32,000 bases of DNA, taken from positions 300,001 through 332,000 of the forward strand of contig CAVRAI010000007.1 of assembly GCA_963718915.1 (NCBI GenBank), read 5' to 3'. Each line of letters begins with the position of its first letter. Position 1 is the stretch's first letter. The notes under the pieces were generated by a model. It was not told where the DNA came from and searched no databases. It saw only the letters and a list, made by a program, of their open reading frames with translations. Position numbers and translations under genes: made by a program. Below are positions 24,879 through 32,000 of the stretch, in pieces. This stretch comes from an uncultured Chloroflexia bacterium (lineage in GTDB: Bacteria; Chloroflexota; Ktedonobacteria; Ktedonobacterales; JADMIN01).

Positions 24879-26390
24879 TCAGGCGCACACATCTTCCCGC
24901 TCGCGCTCATCGTCTACCACGCTATCCGTCTCGGCCCGCGGAGTCGCCCCACGTTTGAGTACCGTCGCCGCCAGCGCAATCGCCAGCAGCGTGAGACCCG
25001 CGCCGATAGCCCAGGCAAGGTGATAGCCACCGCTCAGCGCCGCCGTGAGGTTACGGCCATCGGCAAGCAACTGGCCCGTCCGCGTGGAGGAGAGCGTGGC
25101 AAGTATCGCCAGGCCCAGCGAGGCGCCAACCTGCATGGTCGTGTTGAGCAGACCGGAGGCCAGCCCGGAGTCGCTGGGTGTCGCGTCAGCCATGGCCACG
25201 ATGGTCAGCGCTGGGAAAGCCAGCCCACCACCGATGCCGAGCAGTGTCATCGGCAGCAACAAGTCGCGCAGATAGTCGCTTATCATCGGCCCCTGCGCCA
25301 GCAGCACGAGCCCCGCGGCGATCATGACCAGCCCCACGAGCAGCACAGCGCGCGCGCCGAAGCGCATGATGAGCCGCGCCGACCAACTGAGCGAGAGCGC
25401 GCCCATTCCCACCGCGACCGGGAGAAAGGCGAGGCCAATCTCCATCGGGCCATAGCGGAGCACGCGCTCGAGGTTGAGTGAGCCGAGGAAGAAGAATCCG
25501 AAGAACGCGGCCACCATGACGGCCTGAATCAGATTCGCCCCCGAGAGATTGCGCGAGCGGAAGAGGCGTAGCGGCAGAATGGGGTTACGGGCCATCGCCT
25601 GGCGCACAATAAACGCGGCGAGCAGGCCAAGCGCCACCGCGCCCAGACCGAGCGTGCGCGCCGATCCCAGGCCGTAATTGGCCGAGTCGACGATGGTATA
25701 GACGCCCAGCATCAACGCCGCCGTGACCAGGATGGCGCCGATCACGTCAGCTCCCTTGCCGAGACCAATGCCAGGGTCGTTCTCAAGCAGGCGCGCGCCC
25801 ACCAGCGCGGTCGCCAGGCCAATGGGGAGGTTGACGAAGAAGATCCAGTGCCAGCTCATCGCCTGCGTAATCAGGCCGCCCGCCAGCAACCCAACCGAGG
25901 CGCCAGCCGACGCCACGAAGCTGAAGATGCTAATGGCGCGGGCGCGTTCGCCTGGCTCCGGGAACATCGTCACCACCATGCCCAGAATGACCGCCGAACT
26001 GACCGCGCCGCCGACACCTTGAATAAACCGGGCGGCGATCAGCAGCGGCTGGCTGAACGACAGGCCACAGAGCACCGAAGCGGCGGTAAAAATGACCAGC
26101 CCGGCTAGAAAGATGCGCTTGCGGCCAATCAGGTCGCCGAGTCGTCCGGCCAGCAGCATGATCCCAGCATAGGCGATCAGATACGCATTGACGACCCAGG
26201 CCAGGCTGGACTGCGAGAAGCCGAGGTCGCGCTGGATCGACGGCAGCGCCACGTTGACAATGGTGGAATCCACGACGATCATCAGAAAGCCCGCGCAGAG
26301 GATGAAGAGTGATAGCCAGCGCGCGTTGTCTGGCCGGGTAATCGCCATGAGACGCATGCCTGCTTTGGTCTGCCCTGCTGTGGCATTCAT
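24879..26390 (-). CDS. MFS transporter, DHA2 (EmrB/QacA-like, 14-TM) drug:H+ antiporter family
   Basis: 503 aa. N-terminal FLMIVVDSTIVNVALPSIQRDLGFS and GRLGDLIGRKRIF motifs are typical of DHA2. AAGGAG lies 6 nt before the ATG. Confidence 0.88.
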   Translation of the reverse strand: MNATAGQTKAGMRLMAITRPDNARWLSLFILCAGFLMIVVDSTIVNVALPSIQRDLGFSQSSLAWVVNAYLIAYAGIMLLAGRLGDLIGRKRIFLAGLVIFTAASVLCGLSFSQPLLIAARFIQGVGGAVSSAVILGMVVTMFPEPGERARAISIFSFVASAGASVGLLAGGLITQAMSWHWIFFVNLPIGLATALVGARLLENDPGIGLGKGADVIGAILVTAALMLGVYTIVDSANYGLGSARTLGLGAVALGLLAAFIVRQAMARNPILPLRLFRSRNLSGANLIQAVMVAAFFGFFFLGSLNLERVLRYGPMEIGLAFLPVAVGMGALSLSWSARLIMRFGARAVLLVGLVMIAAGLVLLAQGPMISDYLRDLLLPMTLLGIGGGLAFPALTIVAMADATPSDSGLASGLLNTTMQVGASLGLAILATLSSTRTGQLLADGRNLTAALSGGYHLAWAIGAGLTLLAIALAATVLKRGATPRAETDSVVDDEREREDVCA

Positions 26391-26445
26391 CGTTATCTCC
26401 TTCAGATGGGGTGTGTTATTGTTGTCTGTCTATTCTTTGCAATGT

Positions 26446-26461
26446 GAATGCATATGGAATC
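26446..26461. promoter_or_regulatory. Imperfect 16-bp palindrome in the AT-rich island upstream of the MFS gene
   Basis: GAATGCATATGGAATC (6 of 8 positions pair), centred on CATATG. 56-71 nt upstream of ATG 26390. The surrounding 26400-26470 is markedly AT-richer than the window. Confidence 0.25.
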
Positions 26462-26519
26462 CGCAAAGCCGCCATCCGTGCCGGGCTTGACGATGCAATG
26501 CGGACACACGAGGAAACCA

Positions 26520-26535
26520 GAAAGGCGCACCTTTC
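26520..26535 (-). terminator. Hairpin GAAAGG-CGCA-CCTTTC after the YdeI-like gene
   Basis: Perfect 6-bp stem. On the minus strand it is followed by TGGTTTCC. About 50 nt after the stop at 26588. An overlapping alternative stem GGCGCA/TGCGCC spans 26524-26543. Confidence 0.35.
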
Positions 26536-26587
26536 GATGCGCCATCTCGCTCACATGGGGATTCGGCTTCTCATGCCGCGCTCGTCG

Positions 26588-27034
26588 CTAGGTTTGGCCC
26601 GCATGCAGCTTGCTGACGGTACTGGCGATGCGTCGCTGGCGCGTCTCGCTCGTCTTCGCGCCCTCAATCGAGAGGATGAGTCGCTGCTTGTTGCTGTAGG
26701 ACAACCCATCGAAGAATTGTTTGGCATCCGCGTCGCTATCGAGGGCCGCCGCGAAATCGGCGGGTGCTGTTACCTCGCGCAGCTCAGTATCGAGTTGAAG
26801 CTCAACCTCAACCGTGTCGCCGGCGGCAACGCCCGCTCGCTCGCGAACCTCCGCACTGACCGGGAGCATGAATACTCCTCCCATCGGTGCAACCGTGCTG
26901 CGATAGGAATACCCATTGATCGTGACACGGACTCGTGGCCGCTTGCCTGAGCCGAGGCCTTCGACAACCTGCGCGGGAACCTGGATACCTGTCGCGGTCT
27001 TGCCGCCAGACTCGACGGTGGCGCGAAATTTCAC
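26588..27034 (-). CDS. DUF1905 / YdeI-OmpD-associated family protein
   Basis: 148 aa, GTG start with GGAAGG 5 nt upstream. MKFRATVESGGKTATGIQVP..VRVTINGYSYRSTVAPMGG matches the DUF1905 pattern. C-terminal FFDGLSYSNKQRLILSIEGAKTSETRQRRI is YdeI-like. Confidence 0.8.
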   Translation of the reverse strand: MKFRATVESGGKTATGIQVPAQVVEGLGSGKRPRVRVTINGYSYRSTVAPMGGVFMLPVSAEVRERAGVAAGDTVEVELQLDTELREVTAPADFAAALDSDADAKQFFDGLSYSNKQRLILSIEGAKTSETRQRRIASTVSKLHAGQT

Positions 27035-27065
27035 GATGGCCTTCCTGTTCCTGCCAGCGAGGGGT

Positions 27066-27846
27066 TCAACCGTTGAAGAACTCGGTCAGGACGGGAGCGA
27101 GCGCCTCGGCGGAGACGTCGTGCCGCTGACCCTCCAGGGTGCGATGATGCGGGTTGGGCAGATGCTCCACCAGCGCCTGCGCCGTGACATGCATGAACGG
27201 GAAGCTTGCCCCGCCATCCAGCACCAGCGTGGGAATCTTGACCTCGGCTACTCGCTCGACCGGCAGAGTATAGTCGCCCATGATGGTAGCGTCGTAGGCG
27301 AGCGTGTGCGCCAGCGCTAACTGGCCTGGCCAGAACGGCGAGGTGCGCGCCTGGGCGACGAACTCTGGTGGTAGTCCCACGACCTTCGCCATGAAGAACT
27401 CGGCAGCGTCTTCCCGCTTGCCCTGGGCTACCAGGTCACTGAAGATCTTGGCCGTATCTGCTGGCGGCCGGGGGAAGCCGTCGGGGATATACGGCGCCTC
27501 CCACAGTGCGAGCTTCGTGATTCTGCCGGGAAGCTGGCGCGCCGCCTCGAGGGCGAGTGCCGCTCCGGAGGACGAACCAAACAGGTATGCAGACCCGCCA
27601 GCGGCATCCACCACGCGCGTCGATATCCTCGATCTCGCGCTCGACCGCGTATGGTGGGGTGTCGCCACTCTCATTACGCCCGCGTCGGTCGTAGTTGAAG
27701 ACCGTGAACTGTTTCGCCAGCAGTTCCGCCAGCGCAGCGTTCGACATACGATCCACCGACCCGCCACACACCAGAATGACCGCCGGACCCTGTCCCAGGC
27801 GATCATAGGTGATGATCGTGCCGTCTTTTGACGTGATCTTATCCAT
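27066..27846 (-). pseudogene. Alpha/beta hydrolase paralog interrupted by a +1 frameshift
   Basis: ORF 27436..27846 gives the N-terminus (MDKITSKDGTIITYDRLGQGPAVILVCGG..YAVEREIEDIDA). The continuation (VVDAAGGSAYLFGSSSGAALALEAA... to the stop at 27066) is in the frame of ORF 27066..27881. The frames meet in the CGCGCG run at 27614-27619. The locus is 781 nt (3n+1). Deleting one base restores colinearity with the 24034-24825 paralog. Confidence 0.8.
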
Positions 27847-27909
27847 GTGTCGTCTCCATCCCTTACAGGCGAGGAGAACATTTGTCCTCGCGCTATCTAC
27901 AGCATAAAC

Positions 27910-28623
27910 TCAGCGAACGAGGGAAGTCTTGTACAGAAACGACAACTGCTTCGCCGTACCGTTGTCCGCTATTTGCGCGGGTGTCTGGCCGATGAAGTAG
28001 CGCAGCGCGCGGGTCAGATGTGGCTGATCGAAGTATCCCGCCTGAAAGACTGTGTCGAAGATGGAGGCTCCCTGCCGCAAGAGCACCGTCGCATAGCGGG
28101 CGCGCTCGATCTGGCGAACGGCGCTATGCGTCAGTCCGGTCGCGCGCAGGAATCGCCGCTGGGCGGACCGCAGCGACAGGTCGCTGGGGTGTCCCTGTAG
28201 TTCAGCCTCCACCACGGGATCAAAGCCCAGTGCGCCGTCATGCGCCAGCCGCTCGATAAACGTATCGGCATTATCATAGGTGGGAAATTGCCAGGCGGAG
28301 CCATGCAGCCGGAACGAGCGACTCGTCGCTTCGGGCAGCGTCACGGCGCCATCGATCAGATCGCAGAGTGGCAGATGGGGCATGAACGCGCCGCATTTGA
28401 GCACAATGCCGACGAACTCCGCGTGCGCCGGACAGTGTGCGAGGGTCGCTTTGGTCTCCGGGCCGCGCACGGTGAAGTATGTCCTGCCATCCTCGTCCCA
28501 GACGACCAGTTGCATGCGGTTCAGCGCCATCGAGATGAACGGGCCAGCGGTCTCACTGCTGCTCCGCCAGACCCGTTCCACCAGCGGCGAATCCGACAGT
28601 CGGCTTTCAAAGACCATGCTCAT
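27910..28623 (-). CDS. AraC-family transcriptional regulator (C-terminal HTH)
   Basis: 237 aa. C-terminal LRSAQRRFLRATGLTHSAVRQIERARYA...VFQAGYFDQPHLTRALRYFIGQTPAQI is a typical AraC/XylS double HTH. Confidence 0.85.
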   Translation of the reverse strand: MSMVFESRLSDSPLVERVWRSSSETAGPFISMALNRMQLVVWDEDGRTYFTVRGPETKATLAHCPAHAEFVGIVLKCGAFMPHLPLCDLIDGAVTLPEATSRSFRLHGSAWQFPTYDNADTFIERLAHDGALGFDPVVEAELQGHPSDLSLRSAQRRFLRATGLTHSAVRQIERARYATVLLRQGASIFDTVFQAGYFDQPHLTRALRYFIGQTPAQIADNGTAKQLSFLYKTSLVR

Positions 28624-28664
28624 TGCTTACTCCCGTGCAACTGGAGATTCAGTGTACCTGTATG

Positions 28665-29429
28665 TCAGAGGGCGGCGCGCAGTCTGGATGCGGCTGGCGT
28701 CGCGAGCAGCGGCGGAAAGACGCCAAGAATTGGCGGATCAGATGGGCGAAGCGGACGGAGCGCCAGCGCAACCGGCGCGTTCGCCTGGCCGCCATGCACC
28801 ACCACAGGCTGTTCGGAAACGCCCACCAGCAGCCCGCGCTCAGGCAGCAGATAGTTCAGCGCGTTCTGCGACCAGGGCAGCGCCGCGGCAAGGAGATAAT
28901 AGCGGCCATCGGGTACCGGGCCGATCTGGAAAGCGCCCGGCGCAGGGACTGTTGTGCAGGCCACCGGGCGATTCTGTGAGATAAATCGTGGGAAGAGGCC
29001 CGCAAAAATCAGGCCACTAAAGGAGTCTGGCGCGGTGATCGAGCCGCTTACTCCATTGGTGTGGCTCACGCCGAGCCGCCGCATTTCGCTATGGGCGACG
29101 AGCAGCGGCTGAATTGGGGCGCTGGCTAAATCGTCGGCCATCTGGCGCAACTGAAGCGGTGAGAGACCGATGAGCTGCTTGAACCGTGTGGTAAAGGTGC
29201 CAAGGCTGGTATAACCAAGCTCGAAGCAGACGTCGGTGACGCTCAACGTTGTCGTCAGCAGGAGCCGTTTTGCCGCTTCCAGCCGCAGCGAGGCCAGGAA
29301 CTCGCCGGGCGGGATATCGGTGATCGAGCGGAAGACGCGGTTGAAATGAAAAGGGCTAAGATAGGCGATCTCGGCCATCTCTTCGAGCGAGAGCGGCTCC
29401 GAAAGGTGCGCGCGCATGGACTGAATCAC
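28665..29429 (-). CDS. AraC-family transcriptional regulator (N-terminal HTH, unknown C-terminal domain)
   Basis: GTG start; no canonical start lies further upstream in frame before the TAG at 29528-29526. LSLEEMAEIAYLSPFHFNRVFRSITDIPPGEFLASLRLEAAKRLL...DVCFELGYTSLGTFTTRFKQLIGLSP is an AraC HTH pair. The remaining roughly 150 aa are unassigned. Confidence 0.8.
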   Translation of the reverse strand: MIQSMRAHLSEPLSLEEMAEIAYLSPFHFNRVFRSITDIPPGEFLASLRLEAAKRLLLTTTLSVTDVCFELGYTSLGTFTTRFKQLIGLSPLQLRQMADDLASAPIQPLLVAHSEMRRLGVSHTNGVSGSITAPDSFSGLIFAGLFPRFISQNRPVACTTVPAPGAFQIGPVPDGRYYLLAAALPWSQNALNYLLPERGLLVGVSEQPVVVHGGQANAPVALALRPLRPSDPPILGVFPPLLATPAASRLRAAL

Positions 29430-29526
29430 ACGCTCAACAGTCTGCCCGTAGGCGGTGAGGGTGGCGGGGCGATAGGCGCGCTCGCCGGATATGTTGAGGT
29501 GTTGATTGCGACATGAACCCTCCAGC

Positions 29527-29550
29527 TATCTGTCACACATGGCACAGATA
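29527..29550. promoter_or_regulatory. Inverted repeat TATCTGT-N10-ACAGATA upstream of the AraC gene
   Basis: 7-bp perfect arms at 29527-29533 and 29544-29550. About 100 nt upstream of the 29429 start, in the 544-bp divergent region. Confidence 0.3.
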
Positions 29551-29973
29551 CATACTTGTTTCTCCCTGGCACATGGGTTGTCCCTCCATTCCGCCGCTCA
29601 GCCTGATTTGTGGAAGCTGACGGTGGCGATATCCCGCGCGTATGTCATGCTTGCGCCCCATCGCTCCAGCTTGTATGCTATGCGAGGTATTTCGCGGACA
29701 GGGGGAATATTGAACGTTTTGAAGTAGCGCCCGGCCCGAACGTGGAGGCGTTTTGGGTGACGCGGTGGGAACTATGCGAGCGATTCGGCGGGTGGTTCCC
29801 CGGCAGCACAGTCGTGACGTACGCGGCAAACCGGCACGGATTGCGCGGCGACAATGAGCGTACGAGGTGCTCCTCCCTTCCTTGCGGAAAATCTCCAATC
29901 TCCACAATCGCCAGCGATCCGCACGATGACCGTGGCGGTTCGTCGTGCCATGCGCGCCGGAAGGGATTTGCAC

Positions 29974-30678
29974 GTGACGGAACCAACCGATATCCAGAGC
30001 CGTGATGTCACAGTTCACAGGATAGCAGGCAATGGGCCTGTGCTTTTCGACTGTGATGGACTGCTCCTCGATACAGAGACCTGCTGGACACGCGCGGAGA
30101 CGGCGCTCTTCGCACGTTATGGCCGCTCCTACGGTCTCGCTGAGAAAGAGGCGCTTATTGGGTCAACCTTTGAGGCCACGGGGCGCATCATCGGGCGCCT
30201 GCTCGATCAACCGGATCGTGCCGATGAACTCTGGGACGAACTTTACGCGCTCGCGACCGAGGAGCTATCGCGCGGGGTCGAGCCGATGCCTGGGGCAGTC
30301 GCGCTGGTTGCGGCGTTGCGCGGGCGGAGGCCAATCGCTGTCGTCTCCAATTCGCCCAGGGAACTCGTGCTGGCAATGCTGGCACAGGCAAGGTTCGCGG
30401 ATATCTTTGATCTGGTCATCTGCAGTGATGAGGTTGCCGCGCCAAAGCCCGCGCCTGATCTCTATCTGCGCGCCTGCGCCCTGCTCAGTGGCGACCCCGC
30501 AAGCGCGATTGCGCTGGAGGACTCCTCGACCGGCGTAGCCTCCGCGCGGGCTGCGGGCGTCTATGTCATCGGGATCCCGTCGCTGCCAACGTCGCGGCTC
30601 GCCGCCGATCTGCTGGCGCCCACGCTCGAACATCCCGACGTCTGGCAGGCGCTCAAGCTGACGCGGCCATTCGGATGA
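29974..30678 (+). CDS. HAD-superfamily hydrolase (beta-phosphoglucomutase/phosphatase-like, subfamily IA)
   Basis: Motif I VLFDCDGLLLDTE, motif II VVSNS, motif IV ALEDSSTGVASARAAGVYVIG. The ORF opens at 29854. I prefer the in-frame GTG at 29974 (GGAAGGG 8 nt upstream). ATGs at 29926 and 29950 lack an SD. Confidence 0.8.
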   Translation: MTEPTDIQSRDVTVHRIAGNGPVLFDCDGLLLDTETCWTRAETALFARYGRSYGLAEKEALIGSTFEATGRIIGRLLDQPDRADELWDELYALATEELSRGVEPMPGAVALVAALRGRRPIAVVSNSPRELVLAMLAQARFADIFDLVICSDEVAAPKPAPDLYLRACALLSGDPASAIALEDSSTGVASARAAGVYVIGIPSLPTSRLAADLLAPTLEHPDVWQALKLTRPFG

Positions 30679-30707
30679 CCTCACGGCTGCTCGTTGCGCG
30701 TATATAA

Positions 30708-31412
30708 TCACCCTCTGTGCGCCCGGACGATGTTCGCTCCAGGGAAAGCGGAGAAGCGCGGAGGTCGCACCTCCTCCGTGACCATCTGGATGAAATCGGC
30801 TTCCTGGAGGAGAGCCTCCAGATCTTGTATACGGCTCCCGCCAGCAGGAAAGCGCGCGGCGCGTCCTGACCGTTCCTGTTTGTGCGCGAAATCGGCGATG
30901 ACCAGTCGCCCTCCAGGTTTGAGCACGCGGGCAATTTCGGCGAGTCCCTGCCGTTTGAGGGGGGCCGGCAGATGGTGCATCATCAGGGTGGAGAAGACCA
31001 CGTCAAATGTCTGATCGGGGAAGGGAAGTTGCTCGATTACCCCGATGTGGAACTCGATAGACACCTGAGACACATGCCGCCGTGCCGCTTTCGCGCGGGC
31101 GCGGGCGATTTGCTGACTGCCTGGATCAACGCCTGTGATGCTGCCGCCAGGGCCAATGGAACGGGCAACTTCCAGCGCCAGTGTCCCCGTGCCGCAACCG
31201 ACATCCAGCGCCTGCTCGCCGGGTTGCAACTGGGCGAGTCCGATAGTCCTCTGCCTGAGCGTGCGCAGCGTTCCACGTGACGAGAAAGTGTCGTGGAACC
31301 ATCCCAGCAGGTCATAGCGCCAGCCGTCGTTGAGGACTAGCCCTTTTGTGGCTTTCACACCTGCCTCGCCTGAAGAGTCGTGGCCGTGACGGTGACGTGT
31401 GGACGAATGCAT
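30708..31412 (-). CDS. Class I SAM-dependent methyltransferase
   Basis: Motif I ALDVGCGTGTLALEVA, post-I GVDPG, and LKPGGRLVIADF. GAAGGAG lies 8 nt before the ATG. His-rich N-terminus MHSSTRHRHGHD. Confidence 0.85.
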   Translation of the reverse strand: MHSSTRHRHGHDSSGEAGVKATKGLVLNDGWRYDLLGWFHDTFSSRGTLRTLRQRTIGLAQLQPGEQALDVGCGTGTLALEVARSIGPGGSITGVDPGSQQIARARAKAARRHVSQVSIEFHIGVIEQLPFPDQTFDVVFSTLMMHHLPAPLKRQGLAEIARVLKPGGRLVIADFAHKQERSGRAARFPAGGSRIQDLEALLQEADFIQMVTEEVRPPRFSAFPGANIVRAHRG

Positions 31413-31460
31413 GATTGTTGCTCCTTCTCAGCGAGTCGCTCTTGTTTGCCTGAGAGCACA

Positions 31461-31489
31461 TTGACAGATTGACTGAAATGAGACATAGT
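31461..31489 (+). promoter_or_regulatory. Candidate sigma70-type promoter for the TetR gene
   Basis: TTGACA (31461-31466), 17-nt spacer, CATAGT (31484-31489). The -10 overlaps the palindrome at 31479-31495. Confidence 0.4.
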
Positions 31490-31495
31490 GTCCCA
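31479..31495. promoter_or_regulatory. Candidate operator palindrome TGAGACA-TAG-TGTCCCA
   Basis: 7-bp arms complementary at 6 of 7 positions. Lies in the divergent methyltransferase/TetR region. Confidence 0.4.
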
Positions 31496-31565
31496 AATGG
31501 GATTTACTGTCCAAACACACTGTAGCCTCATGTGGACACAGAAACAAGGATCAATTGGGAGGATT

Positions 31566-31581
31566 TGTCCCACATGAGACA
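31566..31581. promoter_or_regulatory. Candidate operator palindrome TGTCCCA-CA-TGAGACA
   Basis: Same two 7-mers as at 31479-31495 but in swapped order. Abuts the TetR SD (AGGGAG, 31581-31586). CATGTGGACA at 31529-31538 is the near-complement of its left half. Confidence 0.4.
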
Positions 31582-31593
31582 GGGAGCGCGAAA

Positions 31594-32000
31594 ATGGCTC
31601 ATCCAACGGGCAACCTGCGCATACGACGGACGCAAAAACTGCTGCGGGACGCATTGATCGAGCTGATCGAGGAGCGGGGATTCGAGGCGCTTACTGTCAG
31701 TGAGATTACCGAGCGCGCGTTGGTGAGCCGGGCCGCCTTCTATCGCAACTATCAGGATAAATACGACCTGGTCGAGCAGATCTTTGCGGAAGCCATGGGC
31801 GAGCTGCTGAACGCGGTCGGAGACCTGGGGCAAGAGCACCCGGCGGAGATCTGGGTGACCTTCTTCGAGCATATCGCTAGCTATGAACGGCTCTATCGCG
31901 CGCTGCTGGGCAGCAAGGGAAGCCCCTGGTTCGTCTCGAAGATGCGCGCGGCGTTGCGCAACCTGGTCATGGAGCAGGGGCGGCGTCCCCATGGGCCGGG
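31594..32000 (+). CDS. TetR/AcrR-family transcriptional regulator, 3' end cut by the window edge
   Basis: Absent from the ORF track (runs off the right edge). AGGGAG 7 nt upstream of ATG 31594. My translation: MAHPTGNLRIRRTQKLLRDALIELIEERGFEALTVSEITERALVSRAAFYRNYQDKYDLV..., a canonical TetR N-terminal HTH. The listed ORF 31528..31992(-) is its antisense shadow. Confidence 0.85.
   Translation, partial: MAHPTGNLRIRRTQKLLRDALIELIEERGFEALTVSEITERALVSRAAFYRNYQDKYDLVEQIFAEAMGELLNAVGDLGQEHPAEIWVTFFEHIASYERLYRALLGSKGSPWFVSKMRAALRNLVMEQGRRPHGP

Noticed and set aside
29825-29832. GGCAAACC string upstream of the HAD gene, reminiscent of part of the c-di-GMP-I riboswitch core.
   Set aside because: The flanking sequence lacks the other conserved elements (for example the GGGACGCAAAGCC-like segment) and the paired helices.
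31528-31992. 154-aa minus-strand ORF at the right edge.
   Set aside because: The plus strand encodes a textbook TetR N-terminal HTH with a good SD. The minus ORF is its shadow.
1-32000. Mobile element, prophage or genomic-island boundaries.
   Set aside because: No integrase, transposase, recombinase or phage structural genes, no long terminal inverted or direct repeats, and no flanking tRNA. The AT-richer patches are short promoter-sized islands.

Overview
High-GC bacterial chromosomal window, most genes on the minus strand. PT-rich linkers, choice-of-anchor-D-like domains and GC-rich microsatellites hint at an actinobacterium-like or Chloroflexota/Ktedonobacteria-like host, but that is a guess. 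I found no rRNA, tRNA, CRISPR array, integrase or transposase. I call about 27 protein genes. Two are edge-truncated and missing from the ORF track: a beta-helix protein at 1-1218(-) and a TetR regulator at 31594-32000(+). Left to right: cupredoxin lipoprotein plus NosD-like beta-helix protein; tail-anchored PLD enzyme; a secretome block (C39-like membrane protein, discoidin/SGNH hydrolase with two tandem Ig-like domains, two unknown exported proteins); a long minus-strand run (unknown Cys-rich secreted protein, small membrane protein, 300-nt purine-rich spacer, FAD oxidoreductase, 2x[4Fe-4S] ferredoxin, His-rich membrane protein, FabF, Baeyer-Villiger monooxygenase); a second PLD enzyme plus PAP2 phosphatase; a Cys-rich small ORF; myo-inositol-1-phosphate synthase with an N-terminal HTH extension; a 770-bp repeat-rich non-coding gap; a cassette of alpha/beta hydrolase, DHA2 MFS exporter, YdeI-like protein, frameshifted hydrolase paralog and two AraC regulators; HAD hydrolase; SAM methyltransferase divergent from TetR. 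Most interesting: (1) the flavoprotein/ferredoxin/membrane trio, whose membrane subunit has two H-x13-H helices; (2) the triple-Shine-Dalgarno spacer with a repeat-encoded mini-ORF upstream of it; (3) the HTH-MIPS fusion with an AT-rich perfect palindrome at its start, near PLD/PAP2 genes; (4) recurrent 9-10 bp GC-rich microsatellites in intergenic DNA. Domain calls come from motifs read by eye; no database search was possible.
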